This document shows positions 33,715 through 47,063 of a DNA stretch of 64,000 nt, piece by piece (position 1 is the stretch's first letter; every line of letters starts with the position of its first letter). The position numbers and the translations under genes were made by a program. The stretch lies in the NCBI GenBank assembly GCA_023920165.1, contig CP089276.1, positions 2,914,001 through 2,978,000 of the forward strand, read 5' to 3'. Source of the DNA: Curvularia clavata (Eukaryota). The notes under the pieces were generated by a model. The model saw only the letters and a list, made by a program, of their open reading frames with translations. It made no database searches and had not been told where the DNA came from.

Positions 33715-35194
33715 CTACGACTTTATTGCGGCCTTGCTAGCTTCTAGAGCAGCAACAACTGCAAAGCATATCATCGGTGTGATTGCATAGCTTATCTGAT
33801 AACTGGTTAGCGGGGGATGGGTTTCCGGTAGAGACGTGCTTACTGTTAGAAATTTGGCAACGGTCATCTTCATCGATTCGGAAGCACCGGTTACATCAGA
33901 CAGCGCAACCAAGATCATAGCTGGTGGCCCTGTAGGCATGAGCATCATCGAGAACCAGAGCATAGGATCGGCGTTTAAGAGTTCGGTTTTTGACGCCACC
34001 GCCCATATGAGAGGGATACTGATTCTGATACATGTCAGCCAATGGAGCATGGCAACAGCCCGGCATGAAACTTACAGGGGCCAGATGATGAATCGCATGA
34101 GAGCCACAAGTGCCAGACTACCCTTGTGCACCTTGCCACCGCTTTGGCCCTTCTTCATCTGCAAGATACTCTTACTTAGTTTTACACCAACGACTATGAT
34201 CTGCAAAGAGGCAAAAAGCTCGCCAACGTTTTTGATGGCGGTAGTAAGCCAAGCATTAAGGTAACCGCCTTCATTGCTAGGGCTGAAGAAGAGACGGTGA
34301 AGCGGAGGTGTCAGACCGATAATCGCACCAACAAGTGCGCCCAGCAAGGGAGCATTAGCGAATTGCCAAGTGATGTCAAGGGTTTCTTGGAGCCATGGCG
34401 AAAGGCTGTTGTACCAGTCTTGTGTCTTGAGATATCCGCTCCTCTCCACCCGGTTTGCTTGCTTAACCAGGCGGTGCGGAAGCAACGACGTTTCTTCATC
34501 TACAATGCCATCTGGACCCCTTTCGATGTCACCATCCTCACCGCCAGTATCCTGTTCGTTCGGCACGTCTTCTTCGTGTTCGTCATCTTCATCTCCACTC
34601 TCTGGGGTGTCTTCGTCCCCAGGCTTGAGTAGTCTCGGTCCCAGCGCAAAGGTAAGCGAGTTGCTGACCATTGCATTGACGAGAAAGTATGATTCGGCCC
34701 GGTCCATAGCCTGGCTTCCCGATTCGCCACCAATAAGAATGACATCGAGGATTTGGGTCTGCTTGAGAGACTGGATGAGGAGAAGAGGAAGGGATGTCGT
34801 ATTGTTGAAGGCGATAGCCGGTGTTACCCAGGCGGGTAGGGAGAAAAATCGGGTAAGAATGCGGCCGGTAAGGATAGAAACAAGGGTGTAGAATATAGAC
34901 CAAACTGTGCGCTGGCGGTAAGCACTCGTACAAGAGACACACAAAGGATGACTTGCCTAGGATCGGCACGTATCTTAGGCCCGTGTCTTGATGCAAATTG
35001 GACCCAATCTTATAGATCAAGAGTGCAGGCAAGAACATGCGAACACACAGTCTTGATACCTCCTTAGCCGCGCCGGGAGAAAGCAGGTTGCATTGTGCTG
35101 CAGCGACGCCTAGCGCAATGGTCAGGAGAACCGAGAGCGAGGCCTGTAGGGCACCCGTAAAGGGAACAATAAGCTCAGAAGCAGCAAGACCCAT
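33715..35194 (-). CDS. Auxin efflux carrier (Mem_trans/AEC) family membrane protein, multi-exon
   Basis: ALQASLSVLLTI, MFLPALLIYKIG, AIAFNNTTSLPLLL, acidic loop, NAPLLGA, LIWAVA..DPMLWFSMMLMPTGPPAM. Confidence 0.88.
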
Positions 35195-35360
35195 GACTGA
35201 GAGAATGAGTCGAACTGAGGAAGAGGCAAAGGTCCATCAAGCGTGGGTCAAGGGAAACCAAAGTTTGGCATCGCACACGACCACAACCGCGTTCCTGGAC
35301 AGTGACGTCGGCATGGTGGGGCCGCGGCAGTGACGCCAATCCGACGCGTTTGGGCTATCA

Positions 35361-35376
35361 GGGGGGGGGGGGGGGG
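35361..35376 (+). repeat. Poly(G)16 homopolymer
   Basis: Sixteen consecutive G read directly. Confidence 0.95.
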
Positions 35377-35657
35377 CTGATTCTATGGCGGCTGCGTTCT
35401 TGGGCGAGGATGCGACGCCAAGATTAGACTGTCGGTTGCGATGCCGTTGGCTACTGTGGCGGCAATTGGAAGCTGATGAAGTTCTATGCCGAACGGGTGC
35501 TACTGCTCCGCGGTGCACTGGACCAAGACCGCTGCGCTAGTACCAATTGGGAATGCATCCAAATATCCAAATAGTATATATTCTGCATTTAAGACTCGGA
35601 GTTGCTGCGGTTCTCCAGTTGGATTCTCTTACACTAACTGGCCAAGTGCCACCGCCG

Positions 35658-36422
35658 TTAACCCAGTGCGCCAGCTGTTGCTTCCATGATTTCATCGAGC
35701 TTCGGCTTAACCAGCATCATATATTCTTCCTCCACCATGACGGGCTTGGGCTCTTGTGCCACGAAGGTTACCCAGCTGTAATTGTCGTTGAAGCTCCAGC
35801 TCCAGCTCCACCAGCTTGACTCAAGATTAGGTGCATTCGGAGCATCATATCTCTGGTAATGATCTTCTTTGAGCATCACCCCAATGAGCCAGCAGCAACG
35901 CAGCCTTGCCTGCTGCTCATCTCCACACAAAAGAAATCGAATCCTCTGCACGTTTCTCAATCTTCTGAACATCCCCACAAGCTCTGAATATTCAGGAGCT
36001 TCGGCAAGAGGCATAAACATGTCCAGCTCGTCCAGCTGCAGACATTCCTTGTTGAACGGGAATTCACGCCATTCTGCAATGGTATCAGGGCCATAGTGCA
36101 CAACGAGCCTCTTGACGTCTCTTAAAATTGTCTCAGACTGTGTGCTGACAGTGGAACCTGCATCCTTTTGCAACACGAAGCGGGTTTTCTGAATAGCTAG
36201 ACGTGTGAAGTCGATATTGAACTGACGACAAACCAATCGAATGGAAAGGTTGGCACTCGGACGATATCTAGTATCCAGAATGTATCTGGATCCATTTTCA
36301 GGGGCCGCATCAACCATATGAAACCCTGAAAGAGGATGCTGTTCCAGGGCCTCTGCAGCGATGTGCATGCGTAGCTCTGTCGGCAATGAGAGAAAATTCG
36401 GTCCAGTAGACGGTTTTGCCAT
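35658..36422 (-). CDS. F-box-like domain protein
   Basis: N-terminal FLSLPTELRMHIA and later LSIRLVCRQF; 254-aa intact ORF. Confidence 0.7.
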   Translation of the reverse strand: MAKPSTGPNFLSLPTELRMHIAAEALEQHPLSGFHMVDAAPENGSRYILDTRYRPSANLSIRLVCRQFNIDFTRLAIQKTRFVLQKDAGSTVSTQSETILRDVKRLVVHYGPDTIAEWREFPFNKECLQLDELDMFMPLAEAPEYSELVGMFRRLRNVQRIRFLLCGDEQQARLRCCWLIGVMLKEDHYQRYDAPNAPNLESSWWSWSWSFNDNYSWVTFVAQEPKPVMVEEEYMMLVKPKLDEIMEATAGALG

Positions 36423-36701
36423 GGCGTTGGCAGAGGAAAGAAAGCAAAAAGATTGAGGTTTATATGTTTGTATGCAAGCTGGCCGTCAGTTTGGCGAGTC
36501 TTACTGCTGGTGGGCATGTACCGAGGCGAATAAGTGACTTGGAAAGTCGTGCTTTGGTGGTGAGGGGTAAGGGCAAAAGTGCCGAGTAAGCACCGAAGCA
36601 TCAGCGGGCCGTCTGTCCCTCCCTTCCTTATCTGATGAGTCCTCACTTCCACACCAATCCGTAACTGCACCACCACATCTTCTCCTTCATCGCGCTTTCT
36701 C

Positions 36702-39042
36702 ATGCGCACTTCTGTTTTCCCGGAGTCTCAGCCCGAACAGAGAAATGTAACGCATACCTACTATTCAGGCGAATACTGCCCCTTAGCCTGCGAAACAACT
36801 ATCAACTATGTGTCCTTCAACGACACCGATCCCTCGTTATCGTGGAAGGTGAACGCGTGCCGAAGTACCTTTCGCATAAACTCTCTGTATCTGTGTTTCG
36901 ATGAGTTCTGCAAGCGAGACGGTGCAATTTCGGCATGGATCCGAACTCAGAATCACTCGTGTACTGCCGATGCCAACGTCACGTTGCCATCTCTACCACA
37001 GGTCTTAAATCAATGGCGGCCGGATGACAGGGATAAACTAGAGAGGTTAACTGTCGCCAAAGCGCTCAGTTTCCCCTCTGTGAATCATCCCGTGCTACCC
37101 GAGACTTCCCTGCTTGATCGGGCTTTTACCACCGTGGTAAGGCATCGACCAGTCCGCACCCAAATGGCCAATTAATGCTAATGAAGTTGCGATGCAGGAA
37201 GCCGCTAACTGGGAGTACAAGATCCATCTCGTATATGGGTGAGCAGGTTCATCTTTTTATCATACTCAGCGACTGACCCGGGTATGCAGATGGTACATGT
37301 ATTACTTTTGGGTCCTTGTAGTTGCCGTAGGCGTCGCTAACCGTCTTTATTGGTCGATATACAAGCTGCGTTATAAGGAAAGAAAGCACCGTAACGCCAT
37401 GCTATTCGAGCATGATCTTGATAAGAGGAAACCAGGTGTATTCGACCTGGTCCAATCCGGGCTGCGACGCCATCTCACGACCCCAGCCTTATTTGGCGAC
37501 CGCTGCTCGCAGCCGTACGGTTGGTGTACCATACCTCCACGGATCCAGTCACTGACAATTCTGTTGTTCATCATATTCAACGTAGTATTTTGCAGCTGCT
37601 CGTACCGCCTCACCGAGGGCAACCTTTATTGGCCAAATAAGTCTGCGCAGTTACTTCGCTTCGTGTCCGACCGGACCGGCATCATCTCCATGGCCAACTT
37701 TCCTCTAGTCTGGCTCTTTGGCATGCGCAATGACGTTCTTATTTGGATGACCGGATGGGGATTTGGCACATACAATGCCTTCCATCGATGGGTTGCGAGA
37801 GTCGCAACCGTGCAGGCTGTGTTGCACAGTCTGGGATACACGATTATGATCCTTGCCAACGAAGGCTGGTCAGGCTTTCAGCAATACTGGACGAGGCATT
37901 ACTTTTGGAATGGCGAGCTTGCCACCATCGCCATGTGCACTCTTCTTGCCCTCTCCGTGTACACCATCCGCCGCAAACACTACGACTTTTTCCTAGTTAC
38001 GCACATCGCACTCTCGATCGCGTTGCTATGGACCATGTATTACCATGTTGAACTATTTACTGCCGGAGAGTGGAACATATTCATCTGGCCATGTGTCGTC
38101 ATCTGGGTTGTTGACCGTGTTGCACGTCTTGCTCGAATCGTCGCGTTTAATCGCAGACCGTTCAGCATCAACGCAAGAGCCACCTACGACCCTAACAGCC
38201 ATTTAATTCGTCTGGATATCGAAGGTGACAAGAGTTTGATCGCTGCTCAGCCAGGATCGTACTATTACATACATATGCTTGATGATGTGCGCTATGCGCA
38301 CCAAAGTCATCCATTCACCCTGGCTTTTGTATCGTCCAATACGACATCGCCATCAAACACCTCTCTAGCTGCCGCATCGCCCAGATCTGGGCTTATGAAT
38401 GACCGGTTCAGCTCCTCCACTGAGTCAGACACATTGTTGTCAACCGACGTGCCCAAACCCTTAACTAATCTGGTTTTTCTTGTCCGACCGTACAATGGCT
38501 TTACCTCCCGGTTACGATCAAGTTGTTTGTTGCATCCAAGGAAAATTCGTGTTCTTGTCGAGGGGCCATACGGGCACAGCATCCCTTTAGAAACCTTCTT
38601 CAGCGTTGTGTTCGTGGTGGGCGGAACAGGAATTGCTGTTCCGCTATCCTATCTTCGTCATCTTGTCTCTCGTTCGTCCCCAGCTCCCCGAGTAAAGATA
38701 GTGTGGGCGGTCCGCGAACACGCTTTTCTTGAGTTGGTGCTCCGCAGTGTTGATAATCTGCTCGCCGATGAAAGAATTGAAATGGAAGTTCATATTACAC
38801 GAGACGACGGATACAGGGATGAGGACTTGGTCAAGGGCTTTGAAAATATACGAATCATGGGACAGAGGCCCGATGTCCACGAGGTGGTCAAGAAGGCTGT
38901 AGAGGAGGCACGGCATAGGCGCATAGCTGTCGTTGGTTGCGGACCAGCCCTCATGGTTGATCAAACGAGGAAAGCTAGCGTTAAAATGTTGGGCATGGGT
39001 TACAAAGATGTAGAGTATTTTGAAGAGAGCTACAAATGGTAG
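36702..39042 (+). CDS. Ferric/cupric reductase (FRE-like transmembrane flavocytochrome), 3 exons
   Basis: Cys-rich N-terminus; DRTGIISMAN, FHRWVAR..LHS, FLVTH..YYH heme ligands; FAD motif HPFT; EGPYG, VGGTG, VGCGP..EESYKW. Confidence 0.93.
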
Positions 39043-39656
39043 CTCTTGTTGTACCGAAATAAGTAGATAAACTTCCGATTAAAAGCGCACAACTCCCAGT
39101 GGGGAGATTTCGTATGTAAGCCTCAGCAAGCAGAGTACAAATGTCGCTCTCCTTGAAACTCGAATAATTCCCATGGTTTTTAATCTTTCCTCCATGAGGT
39201 CTACAGCGAAAGAGCATATACGAGGGTATCCGGACTATATCCATTTCAATTTATCCTCATAACAAATAACACGCAAGTTGTCAGCACTAGAAGCACTCAG
39301 ATTAGACAATCAAATGAAAACCAGTAAGAACGAGGACCCTGTACCAATCCTAGTGTGAATTTTACTAGGCAAGGTTCATGTTGTTCTAGGCTCAAATGCT
39401 TACAAGAATCTGTTATGGTGGGTCCATGTCCCGTTTAGTCAAGATTACTGACCGCTTCGGTTGGAAGGATTGGCTAACCCCGCATAAGATGATGTACGCG
39501 CTACACAACTCTCTGACATCAGATCAGGGCTCACGGCAAGTAACATCTGCCGGGTAGGAGCATTACTACGTGAAGGTCATTGCCGTTGGAAAGTGAGTTC
39601 ACGGCGCGACGGAACGAAGTGTCCTTTTTTAGTCCAAGGCTGGCAAGCGCAAAGAA

Positions 39657-40852
39657 ATGTCGTGTGGAGACCGTGGCCTTGTAGCTGTACGCAACCCTTC
39701 CATCACGTGTCTATTCCATGCACACAATTGACATGCCTCTCAGATAACGGGTGCAAATGGAACCATTGGCTATGCTTGCGTCGTATATGCCCTTCAAACA
39801 GGCTATCGAGTGCGCTGCATCGTACGTCGACCATCCGCAATCGAGACCATCAAATCCGGGCCGTCCGTCCAGCCCTGCATCCATCTCGTTGAGTTCAGTG
39901 TTGTTCCTGACAACGCAGTCGAGGGCGCATACAACGATGCCCTTGCTGGTGTAGACTACGTTGTGCACATAGCTGGGGCGTGGCCGCTACCGCATCTTCA
40001 CCCGGATAACGATATTTACACTCCATTCATCAGATCCACCAAGAACCTCATTGAAGCTGCCAAGCTTTCAGGGACTGTGAAGAGAGTTGTTGTTACTCAA
40101 GCCGGTGCAGGCCTAGTTGATGCCGGGGATGGTGACACGTTAGGAAGGCGCATGGATCGTCCGATGAATGGTAATTATTCCCCACGGCTGTTTCCAAGCG
40201 ATCTGTCGTCTGATAGGTTTTTACAGAGCAGGTAGCTGTCTCACCAACCTCGCTCAAATACAGACCGCCTTTAGAATCACCGCACCACGCGTACTGTGCT
40301 GGAAAAGCACAGTGCATGGTGTACCTTGCTGATTTACAGCTCAGCGCCAAGCTCCCATTCTCCATTGCGCAAGTCATTCCAGGGACCGTAATCGGCCCTT
40401 CGGAGTTTTGCCAAACCTCGGTCGAAGCCTTTACACATCTCGACCGGCAAAGCAAAGCGCTTCTTTTTGACAATGTGGCACCACGATATGCATTTGGTTT
40501 TGTACACGTGCAAGACTGTGCCAAAGTCCATATTGAAGCGCTGGACGAAGAGAAAGCAAAGAGTGAAGATCTTCCGAGGTGGTTTATCGCCGCTGGAACG
40601 GTCCAGGAGGGATCGAACGGAGAGCAGATATGGAATATGGCCGCAGACATGGTTGAGCAAACGTTCCCAAGCCAAGTCGAGACAGGGGTATTCAAGATCG
40701 GGCGAGGCAAAGTGCCAATCAACATGCCATTCCGTGCCGAGTCGAGAATGACGGAGAAGATACTACTTCAAGGCGAGACTATCAGGGGATTGGAGGAAAG
40801 CGTCAGGGAAGTAGCCCAGTGGTATGTCTCTCTGAAGGAAAAGGAAATTTAG
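39657..40852 (+). CDS. NAD(P)-dependent epimerase/dehydratase-type ketoreductase, 3 exons
   Basis: Spliced MSCGDRGLVA|ITGANGTIG (Rossmann motif), VDYVVHIAG, YCAGK (YxxxK), VHVQDCAKVH. Confidence 0.88.
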
Positions 40853-41091
40853 TACATTTTATTCTACTAACATAGAATACATCGTTGCTATGAGCGTCTA
40901 CCCTTTTAGTGTACTAGAATAGTTCAATAGAACCGGTCCTACCAGTTTTATATTCAAGAATATTTCTCACATTTTCACTTCATGAGCATTTCCATAAACA
41001 CGATTGGTGGAAGATTCTATTGCATCTCGCTCGTATTCACAAATGAATGATTACTTCATAAGTACATATATACAACGGGTAGACCCTAGAC

Positions 41092-41734
41092 TTAAGAAGT
41101 CGATGGAGGCTCAGGCTTGGCAGGAGTCCAACCTTCGCACTGAGTGCGTCCAGCAGCAGTTCCCCACCTTTCGCATTCACCAGCGCTGGGGTTCATCTTG
41201 CACGCTTTACCATTGGAATCAATCAGGGCGCAGGGGGTATAACTGTAATCGCATATTAGCCTAGAGTAAACTCACTGGACCTAAGTGTACTGACGAGGAA
41301 GGGTTGGGGTTCTGGCTGTAACAGTCCTCTTTGATAGGTGCTTTCTGTGTGCACGTTTCCTTGATAAATCCGTAAAGCTTCTGGTTGAATTGGGTAGTGC
41401 GGACCTGCGCAGCGTTTAGCAATGAATATTCAAATTCATTTCATGATGTCGTTGGCAAAGAACATACAACAAGAACGTCGCTATCACCAGGCTTAACACC
41501 ATTCAGGCATGACGAGGGAAATTGAGCTTTGGAGATGATTTCATATTCGCCATTCGTAGCAGCCAGTACGTTCGAGGCTTCTTGTTGAAGGTTCAGCAAC
41601 GAGCCGTCAGGGCATCGGAAGGGGTCCGGGTAGGCGACTGTTGTCTGAACGCAGCCGCCTGCTCCTCCGCAGATCTTCTTGTTGAAAGCAAGAGCTCCTG
41701 AGATCAGGGCTGCGATGGCAATAGTGGAGCGCAT
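41092..41734 (-). CDS. Small secreted cysteine-rich protein (10 Cys), 3 exons
   Basis: MRSTIAIAALISGALA signal peptide. Introns GTATGT..CAG and GTCAGT..CAG give an open frame ending GECERWGTAAGRTQCEGWTPAKPEPPSTS*. Confidence 0.85.
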
Positions 41735-43222
41735 GTTGCAATAATAGGGAGTTTGATAGCTTAGTGGGTAATTATCGGAAGCTGATGCGGCGATGAATTG
41801 TAAGGTAGATTAGCTACTCCTTTTATATATAACGTAGTTGCGGTCCGAAAAGATACGGTTTTGTTAATGTATGCAACCCGCGCAAGGATCGTCTAGAATT
41901 GAATATGACCGGCTCGTCGCAAGAGACAAGGCGCACGTTGTAGTCTGTGCGCTTCTAGTATGCTTCTTAAATTAATCCGTACTTGGGCCGTACGCCTGCC
42001 AAGGTGAAATTCGCCGAAACAGACTTATCCTGAATAAGCTGTGTCATCGACCCGTGTTTCATGGCACAACCTGGGCCATTCAAGGAGCAATATCCAAATT
42101 TGACAATCATGCACTAATTCATGCACCGAGAACAACCATAGAAATGACTAAACGTATATTGGTCGTCTCCCCAGATGGTATCCCCCTACAGCAGAAATTG
42201 CACCAATGACTGACGCGCAGTGTCGAATATGTTTGCGTTATGCTGTCATCATCGCAATACATGCTTGACTTGGGTTATATAAAACGCTCGTGACCATCTT
42301 ACGAGAAACTTGGCATTGGCCACGCGTGTAAACACGAGCCTTTGGGATTAAGTACGACGTGGCGTGATGAATACTGTTCCTCTAAGTCTTGATATAAGTA
42401 GGAATCACTCGGATTTGTCGTACAGCCAGTGTCTGATATGAACAATTACTGATTTTAATTTGGCGAACTATGTAAATATCTAATCGCAGCGGGATTAAAT
42501 GACTCAAGGATATTGTAATATGATGCAGCGCTTATATAACAAATACAAGCTTTAACAAGTACTTATACTGTGATCCACGCGGTATGAGTATCTCCAATTC
42601 TTAAATGATCTGTCGAATTGTACATTTTATTAGCTTAGTCTATCCTTGTTAGACCTGCGGGGACTTATGATTGTAAGTGGTTGATCCTATCTGAGGCCGC
42701 AAACATAATGAGATAGAACGCAATTAAATCTATCATGAGATCTCACCAGCTCTGATTTTGTTCTCTCACTCTGGCATAATGTAAAGGTTTCTCTGTGCTA
42801 TCTCTGCGTTATATATCCGTTGATATTTTAGTATAGTTCACTAGTCTTTTCCAGACGACCAAATGGAACAAACGCTGCAGCGTATTCTATTCCGACGTAT
42901 TGATATTTTACTCATACAGTCACTATTACATTACGTAGTTGTTTATGTGTGGAGGAGCTGTATTAGGTTGAATTAATACGCCAATAGATGTCCCGTTTTA
43001 TCTGCCACCCCTGCTGGTAACTAACAGTACGTATGCTCAATCGTTGACAGAATTATACGAACACGTGCTAGAAAGATATATTGTAGTATAAGTAACTATC
43101 ATAATGTATATACTACTCGTTAATTGCCTATGAAATGCGCGCGACTTGAGGATCCAGATCTATCACATCGCAGCGTCTGATTGCAGCACGCCATGAAGTA
43201 CTTTCCCGTGACTAGAATCCGC

Positions 43223-44939
43223 TCAGGCCTTCTCGATATGCTCAACAGCTACTTTTTCCATACCTTCATCGGTCCCGATGGATGCCGTGAAAGTATCCAC
43301 AGGAGTAGATGCGAATTTACGGGCAGAAACCTTGTGCTTGAAAAGAATGTCTATCTCGCCATAGGTCCTATTCTTTGGCTCCGGAAGGCGGAAATAACAC
43401 CATAGAATGCAGGTGAAGCACGCACCAGCCCAGAAAAAGCCTGACTTGGCACCCCAATTCCATGCCGACGGGTTAAGCATGTTTGGCGTGAGAACATTGT
43501 TCACAATGCCACCCAAGTTGTATACATTGCGAGCGATTACGACTGTCTTCTGACGGAGGCGACTGGAAGGTATCTCTGATACTAGCGAATAGCAAACCGG
43601 ACCAACGGAAGCGTCATATATGAAGGTATATGCAAGAAGCATGGAGCCGATAGCCCACTGAGCGCCTTTGTTTGTCTTGTTGATGAGTCCAAGGAATCCG
43701 ATGATCATGAGAAGCACAAAAAGTAGGATGAGTCCCCCAAGGTATAGCGTGCGACGGCCGAATCTGGAGATGAGAGCCCACGAGCAGAAAACACCTATAG
43801 CCCCAAGAGAGTACTGAACAAGCGACATTGTAAATGCGTTTGAGGTGTCGAGGCCAGCATTTTCATAAAAGTAGGTACTATACCCCATGAAACTGGATCC
43901 ACACCAAGACTGAATGAACCAGACCATGGCACAGATTTCGGTGCGGCGGAGATCGGTATTTTTGAAGCAGTCCATGTATCCAGTAGACTCAGTCGAAGAT
44001 TTCTCCATCTCGTTAGTGTGTACCATCATGGAAACCGTCTCGTCGGCGTTGAAGGATTCGATCTGATGCTTCGAAGTGAGGCGGAGCAAGACCTTTTTTG
44101 CGTCCTCGATACGACCCTTGCGGACCAACCACCAGGGAGATTCTGCACAAATTAGTATTTGAGGATATGCTCGTGGTGGTCATACACGTACCTGGTGCAA
44201 AAGTTATGCCAACGATGAGCGGGATAGGCCATATCCATTGCAGGGCATAAGGGATCCGATATGCCCATTCGTCTTCACGAGTGGAAACACCCTTAAGTAC
44301 AGCAGACGCAAGAAACTGCCCCATGACCCAGCAAAGGTTAACGTAGGTTGTAAGGTAGGCACGGAGGGCGACTGGGCAGACCTCAGCGGCGTAGGTGGTT
44401 GTCAGGGTCTGAAAGATTCCCCACGGTATGCCAACTAGGATAAGACCGGCAAGTAGCTGCTCGACTGACTCTGCGAAAAAAAGAATAAAAATTAGAAAGT
44501 TCACTCCAAGAAGAGCACCAATCATGGTTTTCTTGTAGCCAAAGCGGTCGGCAATCCATCCGTTTATCGTGAGACCAAGAAGTTCTCCAACCACAGCGCC
44601 ATTGGTGAGGCCAGCCTGCCAGGAAGAAGTGAGTTCGTAATCACCGTTTGGAAGTTTGACGCCGAACTGTTTTTTAAAGGCTGGAACGGCGAACAGATTG
44701 GCGATAAGAACAATATCGAATCCTTCCATAATAATCGCAGCGGAGAGAAGGACAGACCAGGCAACTGCATTGGGGTAAAGTTTCAGTCCCTGCCACAACG
44801 ACATGTTGTGTTCGACTTCGGTTGCCCTTGCCGCATCGAGGTTGATTTGCTGAACATCATTTTTGGTCGACACTCGAGGAGCCATCGATGAGCTCTCCAC
44901 ATCATTGATAGCTTTTTCGTTATTAAGAGAAGTTGCCAT
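43223..44939 (-). CDS. Maltose/alpha-glucoside permease (MFS sugar porter), 2 exons
   Basis: IMEGFDI, ADRFGYKKTM, YAAEVCPVALRAYLT, AYRIPYALQWIWP, ESPWWLVRKGR, SEIPSSRLR, WNWGAKSGFFW. Confidence 0.94.
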
Positions 44940-45899
44940 GGCGAACCAATAGCGTAAGGTAGCAGTCTGAGCTCAGACTTGTGAGAGATGAATTGTCAGT
45001 GAGAAAAGGAGAAGGATATGGAGAGATGAGAGAGGCCAGAAGGAAAGCCGTGAATGATCTTTTGAAGACATTTGTTGCTCTATATGTACAGAACTTGGTG
45101 ATAGACTATTTGCGCCTCAGCATCTGAATGAGTTGCGAGGGTTTGTGGAGAACAGTACGTTCCCCAGACTTAATAATCTTTCCGAGAGTTATTCCCCGAG
45201 ATTCCATCCGAAATCCGGGGTGAATTGAACTAGTCGATTGAACTAGCTAGTCTGGGCTTGTGGGGAGAGATGACGCTATACTAGATGAGACAACAAGCAA
45301 CGGTTACAAGCACAAGAGCAATATTTGAGCTCCTCCCGACCCGACATCTGCCCAATACAATGCGACTTGTTGGTTGCGGCCGAAAATGTACACTGTGAAG
45401 GCTCAAGATTGAGGTACAGCAGCATCAACTCCCCTGTCAGCTGAAGGTCAAGCTAATGGAACCCCTGATCTCAGAACCATCCAACCAGACATGTAGGAGC
45501 CTACTCCGAACATCAATCCAAACTTGTTTCTAGATGGAATATTTGCCCTTCTGGCGCCACTGCTTTCACCATCTGTTATACTGTCTATGCGTTCACTTTC
45601 ATTTTCCCGCCAAATCCCGATAAGGTTCCAGTACACGCTTTGGAACCTCTAGATTCGAAATTCTCGGAAGAACGTACACGAGAGCGTGCTCGCGTGCGCT
45701 CAATACACCTATCCGCCAGATTCCGAAATCCCTAAGTTTATGCCTTGTTTGAATCAGCCACGGCCTTTGCGTCTCTATACACGTCTTATCAAGTACCATT
45801 TAGTAATTCGGTTTTCATGACAACGTAACAGCGGCAATCATGGAAGTATGCAACTATCTATTAAAATCATTTAGCCAAAATGGAGGACAGCAGTAATGA

Positions 45900-47063
45900 C
45901 CGTCTCCATGGCCTACAGAGCTTGATATATGGACTGTAGTATGCGTTCTCTATAGCTAGAAAACTCAGATAATGAGAAGATTTACTATCATTGGCATGGA
46001 TGTCGGTCCGCTCTTGAAACTGATCAAGGACCATGTAAGTGTCATATTTTTTCTGTCCACAAGTCAGCTATAATTTAGCGCAATCGGTGTTAGGCAACGC
46101 CTGTTGGGCATTCCGAGGTACTAGATCCAACAGGGGTAATTGTTGCTGGAGCCAAGAAGGAGATTGCATATCTGACAAAATATGCACGATCACTTCATCC
46201 TTTCCAGTTTCTCCGCCGAAAAATCTACAACAACCCCAAAGCAGTCACTCTGGGAGCACCTTGAAGCCCTCAAGAATATCTACGCGGTGCACCATGTCTT
46301 ATCGCACAGAATGATGATGCCCTTACCGTTTCGTCTGTAAGGCATGCTTGTCTTTAGTCAAAAAATGTTTTCTTGTCTGATGATCTTGAAGTCACAGTTC
46401 TAATAGACTGGGAACATTGCGCTATACTCCCGCTATTGTTGCAGTGCGGTATTCCAAACAATCTTCAGAATTACAAAAATGATATCCCGAAATCTCTTAA
46501 AATGCCTGGAATACCATGAAAATTGACGAACTGTCCGAAAGTAAACAATTCGAGCAGGTTTTGCTATTATGCAAACGTGAACTACATTACTTTTACGTCG
46601 CCACACCAACAAGTTGAACCCAACGCACCACGATGCCCTAGCCGGAGACTTCAACGTAGTGAGACGAAAAGTTTTCGACCATTCCAGGTTTTCTTGGGAA
46701 GGTGACAACAGAACACTCAAAGCTTACCTCATTTACCTAACAGAGAAATGTTTGAACGTTATTGTTGCAGTGCCGGGCTCAACAAGCGATTCCAGTATCC
46801 CCTGCCCAATTTCATTCTGAGGAGAGAAATCCGAGGAATGTAAAGTTCTGGAGACTGCTCAAACTGAAGCAGATGAGCAACTTCAGGTGCGCAGGGATAT
46901 TGATCCTAAGGGATGGATACCTCTGGGTCAGTATGAAGAAATTGAATAGCGTGAGACGAAGCTGAAGGAAGATGCGCTTACGGCGGCTGATTCTGAATAG
47001 GAGCTATCAATCATATCCGAACATTGGATACTTGGCAACTTCGATGAACAGGGGTATTCATGA
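45900..47063 (+). pseudogene. Second AIM9/APH-like phosphotransferase pseudogene
   Basis: LETDQGP, VRHACL*SKNVFLSDDLEVTVLIDWEHCAILPLLLQCGIPN (family pattern HPDLQPxNIFV..IDWQH..LP), RRKVFDHS..WEGD, PCPISF*, GWIP..YEE. Many stops. Confidence 0.75.

Noticed and set aside
24498..39042. Laccase + ferric reductase as a reductive iron uptake cluster
   Set aside because: The oxidase has a laccase-type DSGV terminus and no TM anchor (not Fet3-like), there is no Ftr1 permease, and the genes are 10 kb apart.
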